A stretch of 64,000 nt of DNA from Octopus bimaculoides (lineage: Eukaryota). A model generated the notes under the pieces. It had not been told where the DNA came from and searched no databases. It saw only the letters and a list, made by a program, of their open reading frames with translations. Where the stretch lies: positions 77,544,971 through 77,608,970 of the forward strand of contig NC_068991.1 in the NCBI RefSeq assembly GCF_001194135.2. The letters are read 5' to 3'. Below are positions 26,698 to 37,500 of this stretch, one piece after another; position 1 is the first letter of the stretch; the number at the start of each line of letters is the position of its first letter. A program made the position numbers and the translations under genes.

Positions 26698-27003
26698 AAA
26701 TGCCAGGCTTCAATAGCAAACCACAACTTTCGTTTCTGCACTAGACACCAGCTATGAGTTGCTGAGTTTATATCTATATATCATTATATAAAATTATTCT
26801 TCAGAATTACTATATAATTAAATATTTTCAGCAACAGCTGTGTGGAAGCTTCCTCAGGTGGAATGCAATCAAGCACAGTGCTTGAGTGCATTCCCATTGA
26901 GGAATAATCCAAACACACATCTGCTGCTTATTCATATCGAAGCTGATGTCCAGTGCAGAAACAAATGTGAACAAATGTGATTTGCTGTTAAAGCCCGGCA
27001 TTT
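26698..27003. repeat. imperfect palindrome centred at about 26877, with an AT-rich insertion in the left arm
   Basis: TGCCAGGCTTCAATAGCAAACCACA vs revcomp TGCCGGGCTTTAACAGCAAATCACA. Central 55-nt hairpin TTCCTCAGGTGGAATGCAATCAAGCAC-A-GTGCTTGAGTGCATTCCCATTGAGGAA. Confidence 0.85.
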
Positions 27004-27042
27004 ATTTATATAAAAGAGTTATAGGATGAAGGGGGATAAGAT

Positions 27043-27132
27043 CTGGGCTACATATGTTTCGTAACGAGCGGAACCTCAGAAGGGGTAAGTATCCAAGCAA
27101 GATGTATATCGTAGGTTCCTCTTCAGGCCAAG
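27043..27132 (-). ncRNA. putative minimal hammerhead ribozyme, family D (left arm)
   Basis: CUUGGC-CUGAAGA-[long stem II, pairing ambiguous]-GAAAC-AUAU-GUA^GCCCAG; palindromic stem III ACAUAUGU. Confidence 0.5.
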
Positions 27133-27266
27133 GATATCTTAATTAAATGAAAGTTTACATTGCTGCAAGGAGGTACATGGTAACATGTGGAAGATTCAAT
27201 CAGAACGTGACAACATTAACATGTACCTCCTCGTGACAATGTAAACTTCCATTTAATCAAGATATC

Positions 27267-27356
27267 TTTGGTCTGAAGAGGAGCCTGTGGAATACACCTT
27301 GCTTGGATATTTACCACTTCTGAGGTTCCATTCGCTGTGAAACATATGTAGCCCAG
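27267..27356 (+). ncRNA. putative minimal hammerhead ribozyme, family D (right arm)
   Basis: CUGAAGA at 27273-79; stem II GGAGC/GCUGU + GUGGAA/UUCCAU; GAAAC 27339-43; AUAU; GUA^ 27348-50; imperfect stem I. Confidence 0.55.
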
Positions 27357-27600
27357 ATCTTATCTATTCCATTCCATAACTCTTGTATTCTTATTCGTAC
27401 ACCCAGCAACCGTAGTCGCCTACCGTGAAATATAAAAGAACTTTTTACAGTTTATTGCACTTTGATACAGAAAAATCCACAGCCTTCCGTCTCAATAAAC
27501 GACTGTTGTCCTTGAAAATTGTTTTTTTATATTTGCTATGGATTGGTTGAAGCTAACTTTCTTCCTACACCTCGATCCCTGGATCTCACATTTATTAATA

Positions 27601-27815
27601 TATATATTAAGTATATGATTTCACCTTATAAAACAAAGATCAACAAATTCAATCATACTCTACATAAATGGAGGAGATTAGATGTTAAAATGGATGACAA
27701 TTTTTTTTTATTCCAAATTATCATCCATATCAACATCTAATCTCCTCCATTTACGTAAACTGGGATTGAATTTGTTGAACTTTGTTTTATAAGTGAAATC
27801 ATATACTTTATATAT
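27601..27815. mobile_element. palindromic MITE/fold-back (~100-bp arms) in TA-rich flanks
   Basis: AAGTATATGATTTCAC...GGAGGAGATTAGATGTT...GGATGACAATTT mirrored by its reverse complement; ~11-nt loop. Confidence 0.85.
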
Positions 27816-28103
27816 CTATGTAACTTTTCATATCTAATTTACACCAGTCAATTCAAAGTACAGTATGAAGAAGCAACATTAGAAATCCTTTGAAAACTAC
27901 TCCAATTAGAGGACGAATTCACATTCAACTTTTAAAAAGCATAAATATATATATANNNNNNNNNNNNNNNNNNNNNNNNNNNNNNNNNNNNNNTATTACT
28001 CTACCTCAGATATTCAAGTACTATTTTTCCCCTCCTTACTTTACATTTATGTGCTTACGTTCGTGTATATATATATTTATATATATACTTTATTATTATT
28101 ATC

Positions 28104-28231
28104 AAAGCTGCAAAAATATTGCAAAAATCTGCTACTCAGAGTTTCCCCATTGCCATTTTTCAATCTAAACTGTCCGATGGACAGGAATGTGAAACTCTGA
28201 GTATCAGTTTTCGTGATGTTTTCGCAGCTTT
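28104..28231. repeat. imperfect palindrome (~45-bp arms) with an internal CTGTCC-GAT-GGACAG hairpin
   Basis: AAAGCTGCAAAAATATTGCAAAAATCTGCTACTCAGAGTTTC vs revcomp AAAGCTGCGAAAACATCACGAAAACTGATACTCAGAGTTTC. Confidence 0.75.
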
Positions 28232-28502
28232 AATACTAATACAGCATATTACTCTACCTCAGATATTCAAGTACTATTTTTCCCCTCCTTACTTTACATT
28301 TATGTGCTTACGTTCGTGTATATATATATTTATATATAATAGTGGTACAACAAGGCACCAATGTTTACTGGAAAGAGCAGTCGATAATTTTACGACGCTA
28401 TAGTAAAGCTTCACTGTGTCTATATACTGTCAAAGATGTAGGAGGGCAGCGAACATAAAGAATTTTATCTTACCTCTAAGAAGAACATTAGATAAAATCT
28501 TG

Positions 28503-28747
28503 GTAGAGGCGTTGGTCTCGGGACCACTCATGTCTTGCCGCTGAGGTTGGGGGTAAGCAAGGGCATGCTCCCCGTAAAAAATCCAGCTCCAAAATAGCCT
28601 CATGATAGCAAGGGAGAATGGGCACCAGCCAGCCCAAGGTTGGGGTGGGCTGCACCTGCCTACCTTGGTTGCTATGGTATTGAGGTAGATTCGGCCACCC
28701 CTGTTATCGGGGACAAAACCCGGATTTAAAACACTGGATGATGATGA

Positions 28748-28752
<5 letters not shown>
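28503..28752 (+). mobile_element. GC-rich retroposon fragment with (GAT)n tail
   Basis: Abrupt GC-rich block with retained CpGs, ending TTAAAACACTGGATGATGATGATGA and followed by (TA)n(GA)n. Confidence 0.55.
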
Positions 28753-28829
<77 letters not shown>

Positions 28830-29496
28830 AGATAGACGTTTTTATACTACTGGATACTTTGTCTAATTAATCTCATCAGTTATTCGCAATAAGAATTACA
28901 TATAATCAATACCACCCATGTTTTCGCTACTCTTATGTATATATCATTACATGTTTAATGTTTAACTACTTTATTTTGTTGCGGATATTGCTTAGCTGGA
29001 TGCAATTCCAGTTCATAGCACTTGAGGCACAGTATGTAACCTTAGAAACTTGTTTTTATTGCTAGTGAACTATCAGTATTTTGTGTATGTGTGCATGCAC
29101 ACACAAGCACATGTAGACATGCAGATGTATATATTTATATGTATGCATGCATGTGTAAAAATATATTTACATACACCTATGTATAACACTACATACATAT
29201 TAACACATAATTATATTTTTAAAACTGCATTTATATTTATACATAAGCACGTACACCTATANNNNNNNNNNGTGGTGGTGGTGGTGGCAGTAGTAGCAAG
29301 CAGACAGACAGACAAACAGAATATGATGGATTCACACTGCTGTTAAATGCAACAAAGTGAAAACACCCTTAGGTGATGTAGAACAACATATTTATTGGAA
29401 GCTGAATCAGATGTGAGTTGCTACTCATCACTTCTCAGCGTTTCTTGGTCCCAACATCTGAAGCCTAAAAATTACAAAATTAACAAACTCCAAATA

Positions 29497-29910
29497 TGAG
29501 GGGAAGTCAAAAATTATCTGCACTTTTGCCATAACATGTCTTTATTATTGATAACACTGCCTTCTGTGCATGCATGCTTATAGTTGGTACTGTTGTGGTC
29601 ACATGATCAAAAATTTGAGCCTGATTGTGCCATTTTTTTTTCTGGCTTTACAGTGTAAGCATGGCTGCTCCACTAGCAATGTCCACCAAAGAAGAACAAA
29701 GATCAGTGATCCGATTTCTCTGGTCAGAAGGTGTGTCTGGTGCTGAAATTCATTGGAGGCTTTTAGCACAATATGGGGACAGTGTACTATCATGTGGAAG
29801 CATGTATGAGTGGATTGAGAAGTTTAAAAGGGGCCAGACAAGTGTGAAGTGAGAACAGGATACCCATCAACCTCCACCACTGACAAGAAGATTCAGCAGG
29901 CTGGCATAAT
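29497..29910 (+). mobile_element. mariner transposon left end + truncated transposase N-terminus (HTH)
   Basis: TA|TGAGGGGAAGTCAAAAATTATC TIR-like start; EEQRSVIRFLWSEGVSGAEIHWRLLAQYGDSVLSCGSMYEWIEKFKRGQTSV, then a stop. Confidence 0.9.
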
Positions 29911-30089
29911 TTAGGGCTCATTCTGGTTCCCAAAGCCATCATGGTTACATATTTTGGTAGACATCACTAGTAAAAGAAAAACAGTATAGGTCCCTGCCAA
30001 TTCACTCAACCCCTGAAGTACTTTCTTTCTTGGAGTTCCTTACACATTCAATTGCACTGAATGAACGTCTTGGATTTTTTGGGGGGTCT

Positions 30090-30400
30090 AGAATGCAGAT
30101 GATTTGCAAAAACTAGAACGAAATGAAGAAGCATGATGCTCTGAGGGAATGTGTTCTGTTAGTGTGCATGAACGACAGGGCAAATGAGCTGAGAGTAAAG
30201 TATAAAAGGAATCGGATTTAGTTTGCAAGAAGTAAAACCATATATGGACATTGTGATGCACAAGGGTGTCAACAGCTTGATGGAAGAATGTGCAAAGTGT
30301 TCAGAGGAAATGAAACCTGCTGAAAGAGGATGAGCTCAGAAGACAGGGAGCAAAATGGCAAAACCCAGGCTCGAAATGCCAAAACTTCTCAAAAAAGAAG
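30090..30400 (+). mobile_element. highly decayed RTE RT C-terminal fragment
   Basis: ADDLQKLERNE..MML.GMCSVSVHERQGANELRVK, homologous to 49368-49785. Confidence 0.6.
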
Positions 30401-30949
30401 ACAATTGACTGCAATATGCTGCACTGGTGCACGCTTGTGTGTTCATGCAAGTATCATCAAAGAGAGAATATTAAAACAAGGGTAGAAATGGCAGCCAGCA
30501 TGCCCTCACTGTTCTTCTCTACTCATTTCCACATCAATAACCCCCTCTTTCTCACAACTTCCCCAACACCTCTTCACCCTCATGCCTATAAACCTTTCAA
30601 GCACCCCTCCATTCATCCCCTTCTGTCATTTTTATAACATGGGATAGCACCAACCTCATCACTCAGTTTCTTCCTATCTCCTGATCCTACTTTTTACGAT
30701 TCCCTTCCATTATTCCCCCCACTGACACCCTCTCACAACAATAAATCTATTTCTCCCACCTAAAATCTCTCAACACCTCACCGAAAGACATCCCCCCTTC
30801 TCTGTCCCTCCTATCATTCCTGTCAGTTGTGAGGGTTCTTTAGTCTTGCAAACTACATGGCAACCCCACTAGTAGTGGAGTCTCAAACAATGCATCCTCC
30901 AGCACCCTCTGTAAAGTGGCTGATGAACTGAGCAGCAGAGACAATACAG

Positions 30950-31109
30950 GGCCAAGAGGACTATTTAATTCTCAATTCTGAATCTGGCCTATTTCCTGTC
31001 TCATTGTTTTGTTATTTTCCTCCTAATAACTATGTAGTTATTATTATAACAAAACAATGAGACAGGAAGTAGACCAAATCCAGAATCGAAAATTAGAGTC
31101 CTCTTGGCC
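30950..31109. repeat. palindrome (~65-bp arms) with an internal AATAACTA-TG-TAGTTATT hairpin
   Basis: GGCCAAGAGGACT...TTCCTGTCTCATTGTTTTGTTAT mirrored by ATAACAAAACAATGAGACAGGAA...AGTCCTCTTGGCC. Confidence 0.85.
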
Positions 31110-31435
31110 AGATTCATTAATCTGGGAAATACTACACAGTTATGTCGACATTCACTATTAAGTACCACAGCTACCATTGTCCACCAATATCTGTTTTCAA
31201 CTGAGGAGATTAATGGAATTGGATGCATAGACAAAATTGTGGAACTTCATAAGATAGATTGTACCTGCCTTGGGTGGCAGACTTAATTTGTCACACCATG
31301 TTTAACATCACTCTTCAGTGCTCAGGTGCTTTTAATGGAAGTCATCCTTTTGTAAGCATTTGCCCTGGGATTCCATTCTGAAAATAACTGCCTTCCAACC
31401 CTCAAGGAAACCCTGCAAAAGGTTACGGATGGCAA

Positions 31436-31466
<31 letters not shown>

Positions 31467-31694
31467 NNNNNNNNNNNNNNNNNNNNNNNNNNNNNNNNNN
31501 NNNNNNNNNNNNNNNNNNNNNNNNNNNNNNNNNNNNNNNNNNNNNNNNNNNNNNNNNNNNNNNNNNNNNNNNNNNNNNNNNNNNNNNNNNNNNNNNNNNN
31601 NNNNNNNNNNNNNNNNNNNNNNNNNNNNNNNNNNNNNNNNNNNNNNNNNNNNNNNNNNNNNNNNNNNNNNNNNNNNNNNNNNNNNNNNNNNNNN

Positions 31695-31734
<40 letters not shown>

Positions 31735-32653
31735 AGGAAACTTTTCATAAAGATTTATATGCATATGTGTGCTGAACAAATATTGTTGTAAGAAAATGAA
31801 TGTGTGTAAATAAAAATATATATCTACACACACATGTGTGTATATGTAGGCATACATATAGTTGAGAAGTTTGCATTCTAACCATGTGGTCTTGAGTTCA
31901 ATTCCCACAGTGTGACAACTTGTACAACTTGTGTCTTCTACTATAACCCTGGGCCAAACTCTGTTTGACTCGTGGAAAAGTAGACATTAAATGGTGATAA
32001 TGGTGTGCGTGTATTTCAGTATCACTTTATTACTTGTTAGCTGTGGCCAGTTTATCCAATCTTGCATCTATAGTCTTCAGTATTATCTGCTGCCTGCTGT
32101 GTGCGTAAGGCAACCTATTTCATTTGTTTGGTAAATGTTTACCAATGGATCACCACTTTTATGAAAGCTAATGTATTTCTCAAGCAGTTTGATATTAATG
32201 GCCCCAAATAGTGAACTGTTCAAGAAATACATTAGCTTTCATAAAAAAAAAACAAAGGCTAATATATTTCTTGAACACCAGATAGCAGTGCATGTGTCCC
32301 ACCAAATTCAAATCTATCAGAAGTAACTTTAGTTAATTCTCTTAATTGTACTTAATATTTCTTAGTTAAATTTACTTAACATTTTTCAGCTTGTTCACAA
32401 ATAAAATAAATAGCTGTTGTTGTAGCTTGACTTTATATTGAGTGGATTGAAAAGTATGTGGTAAACAAAAGTTGGAGAGTTGATAACAGCTCCCAGTCCA
32501 CTTATGGACAGGAAAGTGTAGAGAGTGAGACTGTTGAGTGTGAGAAACATTATCGTCTTTTGTGAAAGTTTCTTTTTAAAATCTTTCCAGATGGTAGATA
32601 AACTTTATGTATGTACTTTGTCTAATTAAGATGATAATGATGATATATATATA

Positions 32654-33115
32654 CAGGGGTTGTATGAAATAATGGAAACACCTTAAAATTTCAAACAAAT
32701 TTATTTTAATATGGGGCAGCTTGAATTCTATGAGGTATGGACTCATACAAAGTTTGAATTGTTTCCAAAGGAATTTTTGTCCATTCTTCGGCTAAAACAG
32801 TCTCCAGTTCTTGTAGTGATGATGGTGGAGGATATTGACTCCTTGATTTTCTAAAATGCACCATAACTGTTCAATAACATTGAGATCTGGGGACTGTGGT
32901 GGCCAGGTAAGATGTTCAACTTCATTAGAATGTTCGTTGTGCCATTCAGTAACAACTTTAGCTGTGTGAATTGGTGCAGTATCATCCTGAAAGATTGCGT
33001 TTGGCTCCGGAAACAGTTCCGCAACCATAGGATGAATTTGATCTGATAAAATGCTTAAATAGTCTTGATTACTAATTCTGCCATGGTGGATTTCCAAGAT
33101 ATAGCCTCCCCCCCC
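32654..33115 (-). mobile_element. Tc1-family transposon right end with DDE transposase C-terminal fragment (continues into a gap)
   Basis: IFQDDTAPIHTAKVVTEW...LTWPPQSPDLNVIEQLWCILE (Tc1 QDxNAP.H and WPPQSPDLN.IE.LW motifs); TA|CAGGGGTTGTATGAAATAATGGAAACACC TIR. Confidence 0.92.
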
Positions 33116-33380
33116 NNNNNNNNNNNNNNNNNNNNNNNNNNNNNNNNNNNNNNNNNNNNNNNNNNNNNNNNNNNNNNNNNNNNNNNNNNNNNNNNNNNNN
33201 NNNNNNNNNNNNNNNNNNNNNNNNNNNNNNNNNNNNNNNNNNNNNNNNNNNNNNNNNNNNNNNNNNNNNNNNNNNNNNNNNNNNNNNNNNNNNNNNNNNN
33301 NNNNNNNNNNNNNNNNNNNNNNNNNNNNNNNNNNNNNNNNNNNNNNNNNNNNNNNNNNNNNNNNNNNNNNNNNNNNNNNN

Positions 33381-33418
<38 letters not shown>

Positions 33419-33668
33419 CCCCTGCTAGCATGGAAAGTGGACGTTAAATGATGATGATGATGATGATCTGTATGTATGTATGTTAGCAGTACCTATGGAA
33501 ATTCTACTGTCCATTTTGTAATACAGTGTCAGCCATAAATATCTCTCTCCCCAATAATAATATCCTGTCATTTCCTCCATGATCGTTTGCTTAATTTCAG
33601 TTCTCTCCAGCCATGTTTTCTCTTTCAGTAAGTTTTCTCATTCTGGCTTTTGCAAAATATTCTTGCCT

Positions 33669-33715
<47 letters not shown>

Positions 33716-35531
33716 TTTGCCTTTTTTCCGGATTGACAACTCTCATTCTTCCCCTATTAACTTCATTCTCATCATTCATTAACACTTTATTCTTAATTTC
33801 TATTTCTTCTTTTGACCCTTTTCCCTACATTTCTCTCCCTTTTTGATTTAGTTCTTCCTGCTATCCTACTTTATGGTCGTTGTCCATTATTACACACCAA
33901 ACTCCATTTCAGTTATAAAATAACTTAAGAAGCACTTCCTATTATAATAGGTGTTAACATGTGAATCCAGAACAATATACACTCCTTCTCTCTCTCTCAC
34001 ACATTCACAAAATGGGTTTATATACAACCCAAAGCTACAATAAAGGGCCTATGCCTAAGGTGTCATACACTGCATGTTCAAACCTGGGACTACATGGTTA
34101 CAAAGCAAACTTCATACTTAAATAACAATCAAACACTTGTGTTTCATCATTCCTTCCAGTGGTTTTCACATTGCCACTTCATCAAAACTTGAAATTTACT
34201 GTAAAGACCCAATGCAAACCAGGGGTTTCTTTTCTTTTTCTTCCCTGATTTTATTATTAATTCTACTTTCAACTTCTCTGGATGACTTTTATCAACAGTA
34301 ATGTATCACTCACAATGTTGGAATGGCAAAATCCTTTAAGCTGCATGCAAATTGCTTGGCAGCATTTACCGATCATCTTTTAACATTCCAAAATCCTGCC
34401 AGCATCAACTTAGCCTTTTGTCTTACCAGGATTGATAAAAGAAGGCACCAGTCAAGGAGATAGCTTCCTTTGACTCTAGCTTCACCTAAATTTAAGGTCT
34501 TGAGTTCATGTAAGGAATGAACTTCAGCTACCACTTCTCATTTGCACAGAACTTAAGACTAGTAAAGCATTTTATTTTATTTTGCCTGGTTGTCTGAAAT
34601 ATTAGCTAGTTGTTTTGTAAGAAAGTTAACTATAATAGTTTGTTGTTCTATCCCAGGGGAAGATTCATCTCTTATTTGCTTAGCATTGCTGAAAGTGAAA
34701 TCAGGTTAGGTTTCATTTTAAAAAAGAAGTTTTTTGTTCTTCTTCTTCTTCTTTTGTTTTTGTTTTGTTATGGCCTAATCAGGGTTTATTTTCTTCTTTC
34801 CATGTTGACACTGGGGTGGACGTGCTTGAGTACAAAAGCTGAGTACATTTGCTTGCCTGCAACAGCAGTAGACTGCTCCATAAATGAGATTAGGAGGAGA
34901 TTATTTAGCCACCCTGGTGACAGGCAACAAGAGTGTCAGTGTGCCGGGTGTGGGTATAAGCAGGTGAGGTGAACAGCAGCAGCGGTAGTAGCAGTGGTGG
35001 GCATGGTAAATTTGTCATGTAAATAACACATAATGAAAGCCTGAGAGAAATTAAATTAAGGAAACAAAAAAAAAGAAAAACAAGAAAAGAAAGAAATACA
35101 GGGAGGGAAGTGAAATAATCTATGTCTGGTAATTTACAAAAACAAACAACCCCGAAAGAATAACACGTATCAANNNNNNNNNNNNNNNNNNNNNNNNAGA
35201 GATTTTCAAGTAAACATCACCACAATGACTACGGCTGATTGGAATGTGATGATGACTGATGACAAATCAGTGGACAACTGCTGAAGACTTTACTACACAA
35301 CAATCATCACAGACATTAGAAGGGCCAAGGGAGTGGGAGAAGCAATAGCAGTAGTAGTGGTGGTGGTGGTGGTGGTGGTGGTGGTGGTGGTAATGGAAGA
35401 GTGGTGGCAGGGGTGACAGTAATGCGAAGTTATTACAATGTCCTGTAAGTTAATAACTTACCAGGACACTGGTACAAAGAAACGCTGGGGTGGAGATACG
35501 TACACATTCAAACACATGTACACATACATGC

Positions 35532-35601
<70 letters not shown>

Positions 35602-35904
35602 GCATGTGCACTCACATGCACACACACACCCATGTAATGGATAAATTTTGGTGAGGAATAAACAAGAAAGAAAAAAAGACTGAGCTAAAGAAAGTTGTAA
35701 ATGTTAAGATATATTGTAACCGATGCTAATTAAGACATTAGAGTTTGTATTATAATTAAACAACATCTAACACACCAAACTATTTTCTCTTTAATTACAA
35801 AAAACGAAAAAAAAAGTATAATTAACAAACCTTACATAACCATTGCCTTTATACACACACATGCATATATATATACACACATGTATATATGTGTATATAT
35901 ATAG

Positions 35905-35964
<60 letters not shown>

Positions 35965-36994
35965 TCTGTTTTTTAACAAGCAGAACAAAGAAGCTAGAGA
36001 CGATAATTATTTTGTTTTCAACTTGATTCTAAAAAAGGAAATAGTAAATACAGTGTTTTACCTGGCCGAGCTGAGCTGCTCAGGTGATTTTGCACTGAGG
36101 ATTCCCACACCCCCTCTACACAGACCCACATGTCCAACCATTCCACCTGATACCATCTTAAGGTAAGTGTTATGAGTGCTTTAGCACCAGGTCCCGTCAA
36201 CCAATGAATAATATGATTTTGTTGGTTGTTAAAGCCCATGGCCTAGTATTTAGAGAGCTCCTGATCATAATAAGACCATGGGTTCAATTCCTGGATCAAG
36301 CAATGCATTGTGTCCTTGAGCAAGTCATTTCATTTTTGCATTGCTCCATTTATTCAATTGTAATGAGTTGCAGCAGGCTGTTGTTGGTGTAGCTTTCTCT
36401 CTCTCTCACTCCAGCTGCCATATTTCTAGATGTCCTGTTGGATCAAAGGTGAGTAATAGGGTGTCTATGTCTGTTCGTGACTAACCAGACATGGAAACAA
36501 GTAGCAAAAGCATAGCTACCAAACCATACTCATTCATATATGACCATCTGGCTGAAAAGGTTGGTGGTAACCAGCTTCTTTGGTACTCAAGTACTCAAGC
36601 CTACCACTACGTAAATGTAGCCCTGGTTCCTCTTTTCCTCTCAGCCTTTACCTTCTAGACACTTCACCTCTTCTCTAAAAGACTTTGTCTAGTCATTACT
36701 CCACAAATCAGGGACCCTCTCTCACACACATACCATCATCATTAACAACAACAACAACAACAACAAAGCAAGTTGGCAAAGTTATTTGCACACTGGACAA
36801 AATGCCAAGTTGTATTTCTTGTGGCTTTTCATTCTGTGTTCAAATGTTGCTGAGGTTGACTTTACGTGTCATCATTTCAGGGTTGATAGAATAAGTACCA
36901 GTTGAACACTGGAGGTCAGTGTATTCGACCACCACAATCACTTATAGCAGAAAGAATTATTCTTATCTCACTTCTTTTTTAGCAAAGCAAATAT

Positions 36995-37230
36995 TTAATG
37001 CTGCATCAATCATGTCAGTCTGGGTTCTTTCATGGAATATTTCTCCTGCCTTCCTCAATTATCAGGGAAGTTCTTATCCAGTCATTTGGAATTATACTCT
37101 CTGACCACATCACAGGCATAGACTCTCTCACTGGAGTGGTTAGTTCTAAGAAAGTCTTGAACAGAGCAACACCACACTGTTCCAACATCAACCATCTAAG
37201 TTCCCCCCTTTTAACTAGGTCTGCATGTGG
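36995..37230 (-). mobile_element. decayed RTE-like LINE RT fragment
   Basis: MWSESIIPNDWIRTSLII resembles the LINE W....IP.DW..S.I motif. Confidence 0.5.
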
Positions 37231-37297
37231 GTTAAAGGTCTTTTCTACAATCTTCTCAGTGCTTAGAGTGGTAAAACTTCCCATTTAAATAGCTTGC

Positions 37298-37500
37298 GGC
37301 ATTGAGAGAATTGCAGAAGGCCTTTGGCTTGCTTACAGAAAATGACATACAAGCCGGATTCCAAAAGTGGCAGGAATGCTGGGACCAGTGTATTGCTACG
37401 CAAGGTAACTATTTCAATGAAGGTGATGCTAAAACTTAAGGTAAATAAGTTCTTTTTTATCAATCATGGCTAGTCCAGGAACTTCTTGATACCAATACAT
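37298..37500 (+). mobile_element. mariner transposase C-terminus + right TIR remnant
   Basis: LLTENDIQAGFQKWQECWDQCIATQGNYFNEGD* (mariner ...RW.KCI...GDYFE motif), then GTCCAGGAACTTCTTGATA. Confidence 0.8.

Larger units (their letters stand above)
27013..27385. mobile_element. palindromic element (~170-bp arms) carrying two outward-facing hammerhead-like motifs; Penelope-like inverted repeat
   Basis: Arms align along their whole length, almost only transitions. Each contains CTGAAGA...GAAACATATGTA. Confidence 0.7.

Noticed and set aside
26850-26904. pre-miRNA (UGGAAUGC resembles the miR-1 start)
   Set aside because: Seed differs, it lies on the wrong arm, there is essentially no loop, and it is the centre of a 300-bp palindrome.
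28503-28752. HDV-like ribozyme in the GC-rich retroposon
   Set aside because: I could not assemble the P1/P1.1/P2/P3 nested pseudoknot by eye.
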